The position numbers and the translations under genes are program-made. A DNA stretch of 62,147 nucleotides, counting the filler, from Fonticula-like sp. SCN 57-25 (taxonomy: Eukaryota), in the NCBI GenBank assembly GCA_001724245.1. It is 6 parts of 6 records of this genome, joined end to end, with 100 filler letters (N's around TTAATTAATTAA, not from the genome) between each part and the next. Parts side by side here need not be neighbours in the genome. Positions count along the whole stretch, not along the records: positions 52,278 to 62,147 come from MEDX01000245.1; 5 more parts are not named here. One strand, 5' to 3'. The notes below the pieces were generated by a model that ran no database searches, had not been told where the DNA came from, and saw nothing but the letters and a program-made list of their open reading frames with translations. Below, in pieces: positions 58,863 through 62,147 of this stretch (positions are counted from its first letter, which is position 1; each line of letters begins with the position of its first letter).

Positions 58863-61672
58863 ATGGCGTTCAAGGTAATGCGAAAGCGGAGCTCGATGCT
58901 GTTTTCCAATGAGCAGCTGCCCAATGAAGATCGTACGTGTTGCCGCTCGTGTGATATTGTGACCATTGTTTGGTGCTGGTCGAGGCCGACGCTGACGAGG
59001 CGCATCGCTGCTAGAATTGAAAAAGCTCGAGCAGGAGAACCTGCCCGACTCGGTGCGGCTGTCTGTCCAACTGGGCGAGCTGGTAAAGGCGTCCAAGCAG
59101 CAGAAGGAGAAGGTGTCTGTGGACCCGTTTGTGCTGGGCGACATGGACAAGATTGAGAACGAGCTGAACGAGTTTTACAGCCTTTCTGATCGTGTCGGGC
59201 TTATGAGCGGCGTTGAGTCCTTTAATTCTGTCTACGGGCCATGGTCTAGCGCGTCGTCCTCGTCGGCGGCCGACGCCTCCGGTACGCAAACCACCGATTT
59301 AGCGCGCTTCTCACCATCGCGCGCGTGCAGCCCTGTCGGCGCAGTGGGTGGCGTCGTCGAAAGAATCGCGTCTTTCCTTTTTGGAACATTTGCTTTCGTT
59401 GATATCGCATGACGCGTGGACGTTTGACCAGTTTGATGCCGCGCTGCGGTCGCTGCAGTATGTCGTACAGGGCGTGTTCCTTGGGTGCGAGTCACCCGCG
59501 GCCCACCTGGACTCTATTCGCGAGCACTGCGAGCTGCTCCTCTCCGTTCCGCGGCTGTTCCCCCGCGTGACTTTGCTGCTGGACGCGCACCTTTGCGGGT
59601 TCCTTGCCTCGCGAACCGCGGCTGGCTTCAAGGACCTTGGCGAGGAGGCGCTGTACGACCGGATTGCGCGCCTGCTCAACATTGTATACTTTGTGTGCAG
59701 CGTGAGCGACCTGGACGACGCGCGCGTGCACGACGGCGTGCGTCTCGACGGCGGCGCGGAAAAGAGCGGCTCTGCCGCCGACCCCAACAAGGAGCGCAAG
59801 CAGCTCTTGGTCACCGTCATGGAGGCCGTCGCCGCGGTCCAAAACAAGATCCCGACCGGATTCCCTATCAAAAAGGTACCATTTTCCTGTTGTTTTGCTG
59901 TACTTCTGACACGTTTACAGCTGCTTCTTGTGCTTGTGCGCCTGCAGCAGGCGACGTTTGGTGGGTCGGCCGGCCTCGGCCGGCTCATGGACACTGCGCG
60001 CGCTGCCCTCGGCCTCGAGCCAGTCCGCCCCGGACTCTGGTCCAAGAACACGCAGGACGACCTGGACGCCTTTGAGGAGCGCACTGCGAGCCGCTTCTTT
60101 GGCACTTTGCCGCCGCGCGCCGCTCCCGCTGAGGCAACCGCAGCACCCGCCGGCTGCAAGGACCTCGCGCACGACCCCGTGTACTCGACGCTGCCCAAGC
60201 CAATCATGGAAGCCATCGAGATTTTGTATCGGAACCTCTACGTGCCCGTCGGCGTCGCGCAGCTCAAGCAGTTTACTCTGCTGCAGTCGTCGTCGATCCA
60301 CATTGAGCCCCTGCCGCAGGTGTCGCGCGAGCACACCGCCGACATTGACACGCTGCGTCTCATCGACGACGCCTATGTACGTACACTTTTGCAGTCATGT
60401 GATCGCTCACACCTTTATAGGCGCAGTGCATGCCAGTGTACCCCGCCGTCGTCGTGGCGCTTCTAAAGATGTTTCTCGCGACGATCCCGTCGACAAAAAA
60501 GACGTCGACCGGACTGAACGTGACTGACGAGCTTGGCGCGCCGGGAACGGACGCGGGCGCCGCGGCGCGCGCGCTCTATGACGGCATGGACATGTGCAGG
60601 CACAAGGAAATTATCGCAAAGGCAGTGTCGACCGTGCTCATCAACATGCTCAAGATGGCCAAAGTGGCGCGTACGTCGCTCCTTGCGTATTGAGTGCTGT
60701 TGCTGAGACTCTTTTCTCGTTTTTTTCCCTCTACAGATGTGCTTCAGTTTGAGCATCTGTGCACGCTGATTGTGTCTGCGAATGGCATTTTGCTGTTCCT
60801 AAAGTTCCTCAACAATGACATGTCTGTTTACCTCAATACGCGCAGCGAAGTTGAGCCTCTGACGTTCCTTTCAATTTCCCGGACTTACGGCGGCGACATC
60901 CAGCGCGTGTACCAGGCGGACGGCGAGTGCACTACCGCAGCGCAGCCGGGCGATGCGGACGCCGCGGCCACGTACACGAGCTGGCGCAACGGCGCGACGG
61001 TCACGAACGTGCTGCGCGTGCTGCAAAAGCTCACAAAGAACAAGGCGTCGCGGATCCAGGTGCTCTTGCAGTACAAGTCGGCAGTGCGTCTCTTTCTCTA
61101 CGCGGCGATTGGTCGAAATCTAAACAATATCCCTCTTTTTTTTTTTCTTTTAGGGCTTTCTGCGCCGCCTCGTAAAGCTTCCTCACGAGCCTCTTCAGCT
61201 GTACTCGCTCAAGCTCTTAAAGTCGCAGCTTCCCGCGCTTGGCCGCCTGTGGCGCAACGGCAACATGAAGAGCGTGACGCTCATGTTCCAGCGCGTGCGC
61301 ACGCGGCTCGGCGACCACCGTCTCGTCGCCGGCGGCGTAAACGAGTTTGAGCCCGACACGATGCCGCTGCCCGACGAGAACAAGCAGACGCCGCTGTGGG
61401 TCGAGCTGTACAACAAGGCGGTCGCGCATAAGCACCCCGCCGTCAGCGGGAGGTTCCGCCGCGGCGGGGAGGAGGTGAAGGAGTCGCCAGTCAGCGCGTC
61501 GCCTACCCTCGACGGCGAGCTCGAGGGCATCGACATTGATGAGGAGGAGCTCAGGAGAGAGTACGACGAGTGGGTCGAGGAGGAAGAGTGGGGGGACAAT
61601 GCACTCGAGACCGACGAGAGCGGTGAAAGTGGCGAGAGGCAAGGAGAGGGAGAGGGGGAAAAGGCTGAATGA
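58863..61672 (+). CDS. STRIP1: Striatin-interacting protein (STRIP1/2, FAM40, Far11), STRIPAK subunit
   Basis: ELNEFYS, LQYVVQGVF, FPIKK, LPKPIMEAI, RHKEIIAKAVS, SWRN, LQKLTK and LGRLWRNGNMK. Confidence 0.9.
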
Positions 61673-61780
61673 GTGGACATTATTCAACGATGCTTGCTGC
61701 AGTGTACATTTAAAGTGGGGCAAAGTGCTCTTTCTGGTCAATAATAAACAATGTTTTGTGAACCAAGTATTGACACAATG

Positions 61781-61825
61781 GCCATGTTGATGCAGAAAAT
61801 AATTCCCCTGCAGAAAATAATTCCC
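61781..61825. repeat. 18-bp direct repeat TGCAGAAAATAATTCCC x2
   Basis: Visible tandem duplication downstream of STRIP. Confidence 0.6.
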
Positions 61826-61977
61826 CTTTGTGACATCAAAATGCAAAACACTGTATTCACTTTGCTAATATCAACAAAATTGCCTAATAATCCATCGAGC
61901 CCACCCTGGCAGTATCAACGTGTTGTGGGCTAGTGCGCGAGACGCAGCGAGCTCTTTGACGACGAAAGCTGCGCCGC

Positions 61978-62147
61978 ATGCGTGCTCTCTGCCGCGGCGT
62001 CGTCTTTCTCGCCTTCCTTTGCCTGCGCGTCACCGGCACTGGTACTCGGCTCGCCGGCCGCGCCGCGGCGTCCATTGGGCGGCGGGCACACTCTGAGAAT
62101 GGCGCGGTCGTCGCCGAGCTCGCACGGGCAAGGGACATGGGCGTCTT
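61978..62147 (+). CDS. Possible start of a secreted protein (truncated)
   Basis: MRALCRGVVFLAFLCLRVTG signal-peptide-like frame, open to the window end. Confidence 0.35.
   Translation, partial: MRALCRGVVFLAFLCLRVTGTGTRLAGRAAASIGRRAHSENGAVVAELARARDMGV

Overview
Eukaryotic, intron-rich, gene-dense genomic DNA made of six ~10 kb contigs joined by artificial 100-nt spacers (N44-TTAATTAATTAA-N44), so adjacency across spacers is not meaningful. Introns are mostly ~45-60 nt with GTRCGY donors and CTRAC/CTCAC branch sites. The gene content suggests a unicellular opisthokont, plausibly a nucleariid-like amoeba (inference): DNA-PKcs, a double MyTH4-FERM myosin, an HR1-HR1-C2 PKC, a degenerate hybrid histidine kinase, and FG-GAP/furin-repeat and TKL receptor proteins. 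Housekeeping genes include importin-4, NUG1/GNL3, AMPK gamma, TCTP, Tctex-1, HPS4, Nup62, STRIP/Far11, mitochondrial L32 and L34, and tRNA-Ser(CGA). The top finding is two near-identical 67-nt elements in two consecutive NUG1 introns. Each folds as a single-hairpin pseudouridylation guide ending in an AGA box, with a pocket complementary to a conserved LSU rRNA site; among eukaryotes this architecture is best known from Euglenozoa. Other notable items are an intact pogo-type DD35D transposon with a ~220-aa proline-rich, AT-hook, intron-containing insertion inside the catalytic domain, a cold-shock plus HEPN-like fusion with a folded intron, a receptor pseudokinase, a pseudo-histidine kinase, a C1-less PKC, and a PTPS-III folate-bypass enzyme. 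All family assignments are by eye from motifs; no searches were run.
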